Below are positions 1-8,824 of a DNA stretch of 64,000 bases, in pieces. The stretch's first letter is position 1, and each line of letters starts with the position of its first letter. The translations under genes and the position numbers were made by a program. The DNA is from Acrocarpospora phusangensis (GTDB lineage Bacteria > Actinomycetota > Actinomycetes > Streptosporangiales > Streptosporangiaceae), in contig NZ_BOOA01000031.1 of NCBI RefSeq assembly GCF_016862995.1, positions 1 through 64,000 on the forward strand, written 5' to 3'. The notes below the pieces were generated by a model that did no database searches, was not told where the DNA came from, and saw nothing but the letters and a program-made list of their open reading frames with translations.

Positions 1-39
1 GGCCCGCCGTACTTCGGTGCGGCAGTAAGGTCGCCAGAC

Positions 40-402
40 ATGACTGATGACCTGGGTGAGCTTTCCGCGCGGCTGCGGGAATTCGTGCGTGTACGGGAGT
101 GGGAGCAGTTTCACACGCCCAAGAATCTTGCGATGGCCCTTGCCGGAGAGGCGGGTGAGCTTCTCGCCGAATTTCAGTGGCTGACTGCTGCTGAGTCCCA
201 GAATCCGGATCCTGAAACGCTGGCGAGAATTCGTGCGGAAATCGCCGATGTGACCCTGTACCTACTCCGTCTGGCCGACGTTCTGTCCATTGACCTGATC
301 GAAGTCGCCACCACCAAGCTGGAAGAGAACAACCGCCGTTACGATCCCGCCAACTACCGAGGGTCGGCCAGAAAGGCCCCACCCGCTCACCCCCAAATCT
401 GA
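40..402 (+). CDS. MazG-like nucleotide pyrophosphohydrolase (small, single-domain)
   Basis: 120 aa. Motif 'EWEQFHTPKNLAMALAGEAGELLAEFQW' is typical of the MazG/NTP-PPase EExxE metal-binding helix. Balanced composition. Confidence 0.75.
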   Translation: MTDDLGELSARLREFVRVREWEQFHTPKNLAMALAGEAGELLAEFQWLTAAESQNPDPETLARIRAEIADVTLYLLRLADVLSIDLIEVATTKLEENNRRYDPANYRGSARKAPPAHPQI

Positions 403-487
403 CCTGGCTCCGTGCACGCTTGCGGGCGGGAGATGATGCGCAGCCACCGTGGCAGTTGGCGGTAGCGCAAGACCAGGTCAGGTTAGG

Positions 488-1370
488 TCAGGCTGGGTTT
501 GGCAGGGCGGGTTTGGTGTGGTTGGTGGCAGGGCGGTTGCGGCGGGTTTCGACGGTTTCGTTGTGGGTCCAGATGAGGGGGCGGAGGGTGGCTGGGTCGT
601 TTGGGGTGGGGTGGGTGGTCAGGGTTTCGCGGCGGGAGACTTTGGCGGTGGAGACCCGGCGGTGGTAGTCGGTGAACGTCTGGACCTCTCCGTTGGAGCG
701 GCAGAGTTCGTAGTCGGGGTGGTCGATTTCGGTGTAGGACATCCCGTAGTAGACGTCGTCGCGCATTGTCGCCACGAGTAGCGCCCAGTTCCGGAGGAGG
801 CTCGGGGTGCCGCGGAAGGTGAGCATGCCGCCGATCATGTCGACCTCGCCTCCCCGCCCGTCGGGGCTGGGGTGATACTCCCGCCACCAGGTGCGGTCGG
901 CGCGCATCGCGTGATAGCGGGCGACCTCGGCGTCCAGGCCCCACGTGTGCCAGCGCACCGTGCCGCGCGGCTCTCCCGGTGCGGCCAGGCTTTGCCGTAC
1001 GCGATGGGCGGTTTTGTGGAGGAGGTGGGTGAGGTCGGCGGGGACGAGGGCGATGGGGGCGGGGGGTTCCGCGTCGAAGGGGTTGGGGTCGAGGTGGGGG
1101 TGGCCGATGACGATCAGCGTGTCGGGGTGGCGCTGGTAGGAGAGGCCCCAGAGGAGGCGGGCCAGGAGATGGGCGCCGTGGGGGTCGGAGAGGATGTGCC
1201 AGGTCTGGTGGTAGTAGTTCGTGGAGAATCTGGCGCGTACGCCCGGCCGGGGCGTTATCACGTGGAATTCGCGGCCGTCGGCGCGAGAAGTGCGCAGGTG
1301 GAGTTTGAGGCGGTCGTCGATGTGGCGGGCGTTGGACGGTCGCAGCTGTTTGCGGCTCACGTTCCTCCAT
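488..1370 (-). CDS. hypothetical protein, possibly metallophosphoesterase-like; start uncertain (lies in the repeat region)
   Basis: Frame of ORF 488..1468 has diverse composition (W, Y, H rich). The co-located Pro/Arg-rich frame 483..1370 is rejected. 'WHILSDPHG' weakly resembles phosphoesterase motif I. The N-terminal ~30 codons of the listed ORF overlap the tandem hairpin repeats, so the true start is probably internal. Confidence 0.45.
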
Positions 1371-1497
1371 GGATCTGTGAAAAGGTGACCCAAGGAAGCG
1401 CGCGGCTCACGTTCCTCCACGGATCTGGGAAAGGTGATCCAAGGGAGCGCGGCCCACGTTCCTTCCATGGATCACACGGGTGATCCCATGGAAGCGC
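1357..1497. repeat. three tandem ~46-bp units, each an imperfect palindrome (e.g. TTCCATGGATCAC-acgg-GTGATCCCATGGAA)
   Basis: Direct reading: units begin near 1357, 1403 and 1449, all sharing 'CACGTTCCTCCATGGATC...GGTGA(C/T)CCAAGGAAGCGCG'. They lie between trpF (stop 1525) and the next minus-strand gene. Confidence 0.8.
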
Positions 1498-1524
1498 CCG
1501 TCCCGCGTCGCGCACAAACGAATT

Positions 1525-2112
1525 TCAGCCGCCGCGAGCCGCCGCGACGAATTCCCGGATGAGATCCGGGTCCTTCCTGCCGTCGCGTTCGACGCCGCTG
1601 GACACGTCCACACCCCAGGGCTGAGCTTCGGTAATCGCCCGGCGGACGTTCCCGGCGTCGAGTCCTCCGGCGAGCATCCATTTGCCGGACGGCCGCCCCC
1701 GCACCCCCGACCAGTCCCACGGCTCCCCGGACCCGGGCTTGGGCGCGTCCACGATCAGCAACTCCTCCCCGTACGCCCCGCACCGCAGATTCGCATGCGA
1801 AGCCACCGCCCGCACCAGCGTGACCCCCAGGTCCGCCAGCGCCAGAAAGTCGCCGTGCGGATGATCCCCATGCAGCTGCACGGCCCGCACCCCGGCCTCG
1901 GCCGCCATCGCCCGTACGACCTCCGGCGCCTCACCCGCGAACACCGCGACCGTCAGCACCCCCGGCGGAACCGCCTCCCCGAGCACCCGGGCCTCGTGCG
2001 GCGTGACCTGCCGTTTGCTGGCCGTCAGCACGAACCCGACCGCGTCGGCGCCCGCCTCCACGGCGGCGTCCACCTGCCCGGCTTCCCGCAACCCACAGAT
2101 CTTCACGTACAC
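1525..2112 (-). CDS. trpF: phosphoribosylanthranilate isomerase
   Basis: 195 aa. N-terminus 'MYVKICGL' and overall TrpF (PRAI) TIM-barrel signature. Clean composition. Confidence 0.85.
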   Translation of the reverse strand: MYVKICGLREAGQVDAAVEAGADAVGFVLTASKRQVTPHEARVLGEAVPPGVLTVAVFAGEAPEVVRAMAAEAGVRAVQLHGDHPHGDFLALADLGVTLVRAVASHANLRCGAYGEELLIVDAPKPGSGEPWDWSGVRGRPSGKWMLAGGLDAGNVRRAITEAQPWGVDVSSGVERDGRKDPDLIREFVAAARGG

Positions 2113-2252
2113 GAACGAAGAGACTATCCACCCGGAAACCCCGCCCGCTAACCTCTAGCTGACCATGTGATGCGGCCCGACGGGCTTCCGCGTACCAACT
2201 CCGGATAAGCCCCCACCCGCACGAGTCTTCTCGTGCTGCCTGGGGGAAGTCC

Positions 2253-4112
2253 GTGACGGCGTTGCGGCTGTCGGTTGGGAACCTGCTCGCCTCCCCGAAC
2301 GAGGTCGCGCTGGCGGCGGTGATCGCGGAACACGTGCGTACGGCCACCGGGCGCGGGCCGTCCCCGGCGGAGATCAGATCCTGGCAGCGGAGCCTGCCCG
2401 CGCTGGCCCGGGACCTGGCCGACGCCGGCCTGGACGGGGTCGAGATGCTGGTCGAGTACAAACTTCCGCTGACGAGCAGGCGCGCGGACGTCGTCCTCGC
2501 GGGTGTGCATCCGCGTACGGGCGCGGATTCCTACGTGGTGGTCGAACTCAAGCAGTGGAGCCGGGCCGAGCCGTCCGAACTGGGTGAGCACCTGGTCGTC
2601 GTGGAGGGTCACCCGGGTGGTGAGACGCTCAATCCGGCCGAGCAGGTCCGCCGCTACTGCGAATACATGCGGGACTTCCTGGGCGTCTTCAAGGACGAAC
2701 CCGATGCCGTGCACGGTGTGGCCTACCTGCACAACGCGATGGACATGGACGTGGACGGTCTGGCCGACCAGGTCCGTGACGAGAGAAGCCGGCTGTTCAC
2801 GAAACAACGGCGGGGCGATTTCCTCCGCTACCTGGGCGGACGGCTCTCCGGCGATTCCGGTGCGGCCGCCGCGGATCGGCTGCTGAAAAGCGTCGTGGCG
2901 CCGAGCAAGCAGCTCATGGCGTACGCGGCGAGGGAGATCCGCGAGCGGGAGCAGTTCACGCTGCTGGACGAGCAGCAGGTGGCCTTCGAAATGGTGATGC
3001 GCGCGGTGACCGACGCCCGCAGGGCCGACACCAAACAGGTCGTCCTGGTGACCGGTGGCCCGGGCAGTGGGAAGAGCGTCATCGCCCTCTCCCTGCTGGG
3101 CGAACTGTTCCGCCAGGGCCGCGCCGCTTTGTACGCCACCGGCTCCCAGTCCTTCACCCAGACCCTGCGGCGTTATCCCGGCCGGGGCAGCACCCGCATC
3201 AAGAACCTGTTCACCTACTTCAACAGTTTCGTCGACGCCGACCCGAACGACCTGGCCGTGCTGATCTGCGACGAGGCCCACCGGATCCGCGAGACGTCCA
3301 CCAACCGCTTCACTCCCGCCGCGAAACGCACCGGCCGCAGCCAGCTCGACGAACTGCTGTCCGCGGCGCGCGTGCCCGTCTTCCTGCTCGACCAGCACCA
3401 GGTCGTACGGCCCGGCGAAGTCGGCACCGTGGAGCGCATCGAGACCGGCGCCCGGGCCAGAGGCTACGACGTGCACCGCGTCTCCCTGGACGAGCAGTTC
3501 CGGTGCGGCGGCAGCCGGAAGTACGAACGCTGGGTGCTGAGCTTTCTCGGCCTGACCGAAGCGCAGCCCTTCGCCTGGGACGGCGACGAGGATTTCGAGG
3601 TGCGCTTAGCCGGCTCGCCGCACGAACTCGAAGCCGCGCTTCGCGCCAGGCACGGCACGGCCAGGATGACCGCCGGATTCTGCTGGCCGTGGAGCGACCC
3701 GACCCCGCACGACACCCTCGTGGACGACGTGGTGATCGGCGACTGGGCCCGCCCGTGGAACGTCAAGAAGGACCGCGCCGTGGGTGACGCGCCGCCCAGC
3801 ATGCTGTGGGCCAGCGAACCCGGGGGATTCGCCCAGGTGGGCTGCGTCTACACCGCCCAGGGCTTCGAGTACGACTGGAACGGCGTCATCCTCGGACCGG
3901 ACCTGACCGTCCGGGACGGGCGGCTGGCCACGGTGCGCGAGGCCAACCGGGACCCGGCCTTCAAGAGCCGCCGATCCGTCTCCGACGAGGAGTTCGACCG
4001 GCTTGTCCGCAACGTCTACAAGGTCCTGCTGACCAGGGGCATGCGCGGGACACTGATCTACGCGGTCGATCCCGGCCTGCGGGAGCACCTGGCGGGGATC
4101 GTCGCCGCCTAG
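2253..4112 (+). CDS. DUF2075-family protein: N-terminal PD-(D/E)xK/NERD-like nuclease motif plus P-loop NTPase/helicase-like core
   Basis: 619 aa. 'RRADVVLAGV...SYVVVELKQW' fits a D...E-x-K nuclease motif. Walker A 'TGGPGSGKS'. Walker B-like 'VLICDEAHR'. C-terminal UvrD-like region. Confidence 0.75.
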   Translation: MTALRLSVGNLLASPNEVALAAVIAEHVRTATGRGPSPAEIRSWQRSLPALARDLADAGLDGVEMLVEYKLPLTSRRADVVLAGVHPRTGADSYVVVELKQWSRAEPSELGEHLVVVEGHPGGETLNPAEQVRRYCEYMRDFLGVFKDEPDAVHGVAYLHNAMDMDVDGLADQVRDERSRLFTKQRRGDFLRYLGGRLSGDSGAAAADRLLKSVVAPSKQLMAYAAREIREREQFTLLDEQQVAFEMVMRAVTDARRADTKQVVLVTGGPGSGKSVIALSLLGELFRQGRAALYATGSQSFTQTLRRYPGRGSTRIKNLFTYFNSFVDADPNDLAVLICDEAHRIRETSTNRFTPAAKRTGRSQLDELLSAARVPVFLLDQHQVVRPGEVGTVERIETGARARGYDVHRVSLDEQFRCGGSRKYERWVLSFLGLTEAQPFAWDGDEDFEVRLAGSPHELEAALRARHGTARMTAGFCWPWSDPTPHDTLVDDVVIGDWARPWNVKKDRAVGDAPPSMLWASEPGGFAQVGCVYTAQGFEYDWNGVILGPDLTVRDGRLATVREANRDPAFKSRRSVSDEEFDRLVRNVYKVLLTRGMRGTLIYAVDPGLREHLAGIVAA

Positions 4113-4570
4113 CTCTGGCCCGTGCACATGCGGAGGCCGGACATCACTGAGGTGAGGGCGTCGGCGAGGGCGCGGGTCTGGGCGGGGTCGAGGTTGTCGA
4201 AGATGAGGCGGCGGACGTCTTCGACGTGTTCGGGGGCGATCTTCTCGACGAGGGTGCGGCCGCTGGGGGTGATCTCGGCGATGGTGACGCGGCCGTCGTC
4301 GGGGCATTGGCTGACGGAGACCCAGCCGTGGTCGCGGAGTTTGTTCATGCGGTGGCTGAGGCGGCTCTGCGACATGTTGAGCATCGAGGCGAGGTCGCTG
4401 AGGCGGTAGGCGCGTTCGCTGAGGGCGGCGAGCAGGCCGTACTCGATGTGGACGAGGCCGTGGCGGCGTTGGGCGCGCTCTAGTTCGGGGAGCGCGAGCA
4501 TGGCGAAGGCGAGGAGGCCCTGCCATGCCCGCTGTTCGGTGTCGTCCAGCCATCCACCCCGTGGTTCCAC
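4109..4570 (-). CDS. MarR family transcriptional regulator
   Basis: 153 aa winged-helix MarR pattern ('LSDLASMLNMSQSRLSHRMNKLRDHGWV'). Directly downstream of doxX on the same strand. Confidence 0.85.
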   Translation of the reverse strand: MEPRGGWLDDTEQRAWQGLLAFAMLALPELERAQRRHGLVHIEYGLLAALSERAYRLSDLASMLNMSQSRLSHRMNKLRDHGWVSVSQCPDDGRVTIAEITPSGRTLVEKIAPEHVEDVRRLIFDNLDPAQTRALADALTSVMSGLRMCTGQS

Positions 4571-4571
4571 A

Positions 4572-4949
4572 CTAGAAAGCGTACGGACCGAACCTCCCCC
4601 ACGCGACGACGGCCGCGAGAGCGAACAGGACCAGGGTGACGGCGATGGCCGGGGTCTCCTTGCGGCGCACGTGGGTGAGCACGGCGCCGAGCATGATGAT
4701 GGCGAGGCCGGCGGCGGCGAGGGGCGTGAGGATCGGCAGGATGCCGGTGAGGGCGGGCAGGATCAGCCCGATCCCGGCCAGGAGTTCGAGGGCGCCGATG
4801 GTCTTGATCTGGCCGGCCGAGAAGTCCTCGGTCCACGGCATCATCGGTTTGAGCTTCTCTTTGGGCTGAGTGGTCTTGGTGACGCCGGCGCCGGCGAAGA
4901 TGACGGCGAGCAGGCCCTGGAGGACCCAGAGGAACACGTTCACATACAC
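4572..4949 (-). CDS. DoxX family membrane protein
   Basis: 125 aa with four hydrophobic helices and the DoxX-like N-terminus 'VLQGLLAVIFAGAGVTK'. RBS AGGAG 5 nt upstream of the ATG. Confidence 0.8.
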   Translation of the reverse strand: MYVNVFLWVLQGLLAVIFAGAGVTKTTQPKEKLKPMMPWTEDFSAGQIKTIGALELLAGIGLILPALTGILPILTPLAAAGLAIIMLGAVLTHVRRKETPAIAVTLVLFALAAVVAWGRFGPYAF

Positions 4950-5010
4950 TCCTAGAAAACTTGATGCTTCAAGTTATCGGCTAAGTGATTGAAGCATCAA
5001 GTTCCTGGAG

Positions 5011-5214
5011 TCAGCTGGCGTTGCGGAAGGAGAGGCCCTTCTGCTGGAGGGCCTCGCGCAGGATTCCCACGGCCTTCGGGCCCATGCCGTGCAGCCGCAG
5101 CAGGTCGGCCTCGCTGACGTCGGCGAGCTGCTCAAGGTGCGTGTAACCGGCGGCGTCCAGCGCGCTCTGCGCCGGGCGGCTCGTCTTCGGGAACGGGGTG
5201 CCCATGCGGATCAC
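5011..5214 (-). CDS. small helix-hairpin-helix DNA-binding-like protein
   Basis: 67 aa. 'LLRLHGMGPKAVGILREAL' is a G-hP-G HhH motif (RNAP alpha-CTD-like fold). Composition acceptable. Confidence 0.5.
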   Translation of the reverse strand: MIRMGTPFPKTSRPAQSALDAAGYTHLEQLADVSEADLLRLHGMGPKAVGILREALQQKGLSFRNAS

Positions 5215-5278
5215 CGTACCCGCCCTGCCGCGGACAGGGCGGGTGACGGCGGGCCGGAGCGAGGTCAGGACGCTCCGG

Positions 5279-6733
5279 TCAGACCGGGTTGAGGGACCAC
5301 TGCTGGCAGTTGTTGTTCAGCCACGTCCACAGGCGGACGTCGGCGCCGTCGCCGGTGCCGCAGTTGGCGACGTCGGCCACCTTGCCGGTCGCCGCGTTGT
5401 GCAGCCGGACGAAGCCGCCCGTGGTGTGGATCAGCCGGAACCGCTGGCAGGTGTTGTTGAGCCAGGCCCACTGCCGGATGTCGGTGCCGTCGGCGGAGGC
5501 GCAGTTGGCCACGTCCAGGACCTTGCCGCTGGCCACGTTGACGAGCCTGCTCGTGTCGTCGGCCTGGTCCTCGATCCGCCAGCGCTGGTTGTTGCCGCCG
5601 GTGCAGGTCCACTGCTGCACGTTCGCGCCGTCGGCGCCGGACGAGCCGCTGACCTCCAGGCACTTCCCGCTGTTCCGGTTGACCAGTGTGTACGCGCTGG
5701 GCGTGCCGGCCGTCTCACCCGCCGGAGCCGCCAGAGAGACCCCGGTCGCGACCGGTGTGCCGAAGTTCGGGCTGCCGTCGGAGTTCCAGGTGAACCGCTG
5801 GGCGCGCGTGGTACGCCCGTTGTCGCACCCGCCGGAGGAGGAGCTGTTGGCGTGGTAGACGATCCAGTTCTCGGCGCCGTTGGGGGAGGTGAAGAAGCCG
5901 TTGTGGCCGGGGCCGTACACGCTGCCGGACTGCTGGAAGACCGGGGTGGACTTCTTCACCCAGGAGGAGGCGCTGAGCGGGTTCCCCCCGTTGAATGTGA
6001 GCTGCCCGAGCCGGTAGTTGGGCCCCCAGCAGGCGCTGGCGGAGTAGATGACGAACGTCTGCCCGTTGCGTTGCAGCGCCTCGGGGCCTTCGTTGACCGT
6101 GCCGCCCTGGGTCTCCCAGCTGTAGGTCGGGCTGGAGATCAGGCTGAAGGTGCTCCCGCTGACCGTGTACGGATTGCTCATCGGCGCGATCACCAGGCTC
6201 TGCGTGCTGCCGTTCACGAACCCGCTGCCGAGCAGGTAGAGCGACCCGTTGAGCTGCATCGGGCTGGCGTCGATGAGCCAACCCCCGATCCCGAGGTTCG
6301 ACCCGGTCAGCATGTTCCGGTACGTGTACGGCCCGAGCGGATCGCTCCCCGCGCTCTCCAGCACGTGCGTGCGCTGGCTGTCACAGCAGGTCGCGCCGAC
6401 CGCCCCGGCCGAGTAGTACAGGTACCAGCGGTTGTTGAACAGGTGGAGCTCCGGCGCCCACATGTTGGTGCCCCGGGACGCCGTGGTGTCCTGCCACACC
6501 TGCACGCTCGGCGCCGTCGCGAGACCTCCCAAAGTCGGAGATTTCCGGATCACGAGCGTGTTCGTGAACGAGGTGGTGATCAGGTAGTAGTTGCCATTGT
6601 AGTAGCGCAGCCAGGGATCGGCCCCCTTCTGGGCCTTGATGGGATTGCTGTACGACGTGGCCGCCGACGCCGGCAACCCGGGCATCAGCCCGAGCAGCAG
6701 CACGGCCAGCAGTACCAGGGATCTTCGGACCAC
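5279..6733 (-). CDS. secreted glycoside hydrolase family 43 (arabinofuranosidase/xylosidase-like) with C-terminal ricin-B (CBM13) lectin domain
   Basis: GH43 N-terminal 'ADPW' catalytic region. Triplicated QxW ricin-B repeats ('QQWTC', 'RQWAW', 'RLWTW'). Signal peptide. I place the start at the GTG (6733) preceded by RBS AAGGAGGAG, rather than the listed ATG at 6760, which lies inside a palindromic operator. Confidence 0.85.
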   Translation of the reverse strand: MVRRSLVLLAVLLLGLMPGLPASAATSYSNPIKAQKGADPWLRYYNGNYYLITTSFTNTLVIRKSPTLGGLATAPSVQVWQDTTASRGTNMWAPELHLFNNRWYLYYSAGAVGATCCDSQRTHVLESAGSDPLGPYTYRNMLTGSNLGIGGWLIDASPMQLNGSLYLLGSGFVNGSTQSLVIAPMSNPYTVSGSTFSLISSPTYSWETQGGTVNEGPEALQRNGQTFVIYSASACWGPNYRLGQLTFNGGNPLSASSWVKKSTPVFQQSGSVYGPGHNGFFTSPNGAENWIVYHANSSSSGGCDNGRTTRAQRFTWNSDGSPNFGTPVATGVSLAAPAGETAGTPSAYTLVNRNSGKCLEVSGSSGADGANVQQWTCTGGNNQRWRIEDQADDTSRLVNVASGKVLDVANCASADGTDIRQWAWLNNTCQRFRLIHTTGGFVRLHNAATGKVADVANCGTGDGADVRLWTWLNNNCQQWSLNPV

Positions 6734-6745
6734 GACTCCTCCTTG

Positions 6746-6759
6746 TGTTAGCGCTAACA
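6746..6759. promoter_or_regulatory. perfect 14-bp palindrome TGTTAGCGCTAACA (LacI-family-operator-like) just upstream of the GH43 RBS
   Basis: Direct reading. Resembles the symmetric lac-type operator TGTGAGCGCTCACA. Positioned between the presumptive promoter and the RBS of the GH43 gene. Confidence 0.55.
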
Positions 6760-6826
6760 TTTCGCGCCGGAAAAGTGCTCCGTCGTTTTCCTGGGATGGT
6801 CGGTCGCCAACACCGGCCTGTCAATA

Positions 6827-7597
6827 TCACTTGCGGGCGATGACGAACAGAACAGGCATGTCGCAGATGCCCGGATCATCGCCCAGTTCGGCCATCCGGG
6901 CCAGATAACGCGCCTCCGCCGCCGCAGGCACCTCCGGATGGAGCGGATTGCCCACGGCCTGCCGCCACAGCTCGTCCCCCGGCAGCGGTGGCCGGCGCAC
7001 CACGTCGACCGCGATCCGCTCGACCCGGAACCCGGCCCGTTCGCACGCGTCCCGGCTGGCGCGCTCACTGCCCAGCTGCGCCATCGGATCCGGAATCGGC
7101 ACGCCCGCCTCGGCCGCGCACTCCCGGAAGACCCGCATCGCGACCGGGAAACCCTCCCGCATGGCCGAATAGGCCAGCGTTCCCCCCGGCCTGAGCACCC
7201 GATGCCAGGCCGCCAGCGCGGGCGCGGCGTCCAGGTAGAGCACGCTCGACGAGCACAGCACGACATCGAACGACTCGGGAGCGAACTCCGGCAGAACGGT
7301 CACGTCTGCCTTCTGGTAGCGGACGTTGTCCAGTCCCGACTCCGCCAGCAGCGCTTCCGCCTCCCGGAGCATGCCCGACGAGATGTCCACCCCGACGACC
7401 CCGCCGGACGGCCCGACCGCCCGCGCGGCGGCCAGCGCGGCCAGCCCGGTCCCCGTCGCGGCGTCCAGCACCGAGGCCCCCGGCGGCAGCTCCGCCAACT
7501 CCACCAGCCGCTCCGCGTACCAGACGTGCCAGGTCAGCTTGGCGTACGTGCCGGCGCGCTGGTCGAAGTACGCCTCGTTGAGCTCCACGCCGATCAT
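6827..7597 (-). CDS. class I SAM-dependent methyltransferase
   Basis: Start at ATG 7597 ('MIGVELNEAYF...'). Motif I 'VLDAATGTGLAA'. The long upstream extension in the ORF track (to 8344) is Arg/Gly/Ala junk. ATGA overlap with the upstream gene. Confidence 0.8.
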   Translation of the reverse strand: MIGVELNEAYFDQRAGTYAKLTWHVWYAERLVELAELPPGASVLDAATGTGLAALAAARAVGPSGGVVGVDISSGMLREAEALLAESGLDNVRYQKADVTVLPEFAPESFDVVLCSSSVLYLDAAPALAAWHRVLRPGGTLAYSAMREGFPVAMRVFRECAAEAGVPIPDPMAQLGSERASRDACERAGFRVERIAVDVVRRPPLPGDELWRQAVGNPLHPEVPAAAEARYLARMAELGDDPGICDMPVLFVIARK

Positions 7598-8583
7598 GAT
7601 GCCGGATGCGCGGGCATCCGGTGGAGGCTGACCTCCAGGACGGTCGCCGTCGCCTTCGGCTCCTCGCTGAAGTAGAACTCGGCCGTCACGTCGCAGCTGT
7701 ACGGCGCGTCCGCCACCGCGACCCGGTACACCCGGGTGTGCGGGCTGTCCCAGTGCACCCGGGGCGGCACGAACCCGATCCCCAGCAGCGCGTCCAGGTC
7801 GGCCCGGATCAGCGCGGTCGAGGACGGCTGGACCTTCACGTACTTGAACCGGCCGGCCCGGCTGCTGATGAGGAGTTCGGCCACGCCGGGCGGCGGCGGC
7901 TCCACGGCGAACTCGCCCCGGCGCGGCACCAGTTCGCCCAGCAGGCCGAGCGAGCGTGCCACCAGCGCGGGATCGTCCGTGCTCAGCCGGCAGAGCGCCT
8001 GCGCCCACGCCTGGAGCAGCCCCGCGTCCAGCGGGACTTCCGCCCGCCGCCGTACGCGGGCCTCGGCCAGTTCCAGCAGCTGGCGCGGCATCGGCGGGCG
8101 CACCCACGACCGCGGCCAGTCGTCCAGGTCGAGGTGTTCGTGCCCGTTCACGATCAGCGTGTAGAGCGGTTCCGCCGGGAAGTCGTTCACCCGCAGCGTC
8201 AGCGCGTCGCCGCCGACGTCCGCCCGGTAGGGGAACTCGCCGTCCCCCGTGTGCGCCCACGCGATCGGCGCCGAGGCGAAGTCCGGCCGCGACCGGCCCG
8301 CCACCAGGCCCACCAGGAGCCCGCGCAGGTCCTCGGGCGCGCACCAGCCCTCCTGGCCGTGCAGGCTGACCCTGACCCTGTTGCCCAGCCGGTCGAAGGA
8401 GAGGTCCTGGAAGCCGATGTCATGCCCGGCGCGCAGCCGGACGACCACCTCGTGCACCTCGGCCGGGCCCAGCCAGCCCAGCTCGATGGCGCGGACCACG
8501 TGGTTCCAGCAGTCCCGCAGACCCGGATCCACCGGCCGCAGCAGCCTGGCCGAGGCCAGGAGCCGAGTGTCGATGTCTGGCAT
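7594..8583 (-). CDS. hypothetical protein (about 329 aa), co-operonic with the methyltransferase
   Basis: Balanced composition from 'MPDIDTRLLASARLL'. 4-nt overlap with the downstream methyltransferase start. No family recognised. Confidence 0.55.
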   Translation of the reverse strand: MPDIDTRLLASARLLRPVDPGLRDCWNHVVRAIELGWLGPAEVHEVVVRLRAGHDIGFQDLSFDRLGNRVRVSLHGQEGWCAPEDLRGLLVGLVAGRSRPDFASAPIAWAHTGDGEFPYRADVGGDALTLRVNDFPAEPLYTLIVNGHEHLDLDDWPRSWVRPPMPRQLLELAEARVRRRAEVPLDAGLLQAWAQALCRLSTDDPALVARSLGLLGELVPRRGEFAVEPPPPGVAELLISSRAGRFKYVKVQPSSTALIRADLDALLGIGFVPPRVHWDSPHTRVYRVAVADAPYSCDVTAEFYFSEEPKATATVLEVSLHRMPAHPAS

Positions 8584-8824
8584 GCAGTTGGTCCTTTCGA
8601 CGACCGGCCGCGGCGGACGGCCGGGTCGCCGACGGCTCACGACACCGGATCGGTGATGCGGAGGCCGAGAGTGGTGGTGGCGGAGGAAGCGGGGAGGCCG
8701 GACGTGCCGCTGATGGTCACGGTAGACGACTCACCGCGCGTTCGGGTGATTTGCGACCAGCGGTCAACCTGACCGTGACCGGCGGTGACGCCGGGCGTCG
8801 GAGCCGTCGCGGAGCGCCTCACCG

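Noticed and set aside
483-1370. 295-aa minus-strand ORF that is extremely Pro/Arg-rich
   Set aside because: Typical wrong-frame artefact of high-GC DNA. The overlapping frame 488..1468 has protein-like composition.
5198-6751. 517-aa plus-strand ORF
   Set aside because: Antisense of the GH43/ricin-B gene. Gly/Ala/Val/Arg-rich.
6827-8344. 505-aa extension of the methyltransferase ORF
   Set aside because: The N-terminal 249 codons are Arg/Gly/Ala junk overlapping the real upstream gene in another frame. The true start is ATG 7597.
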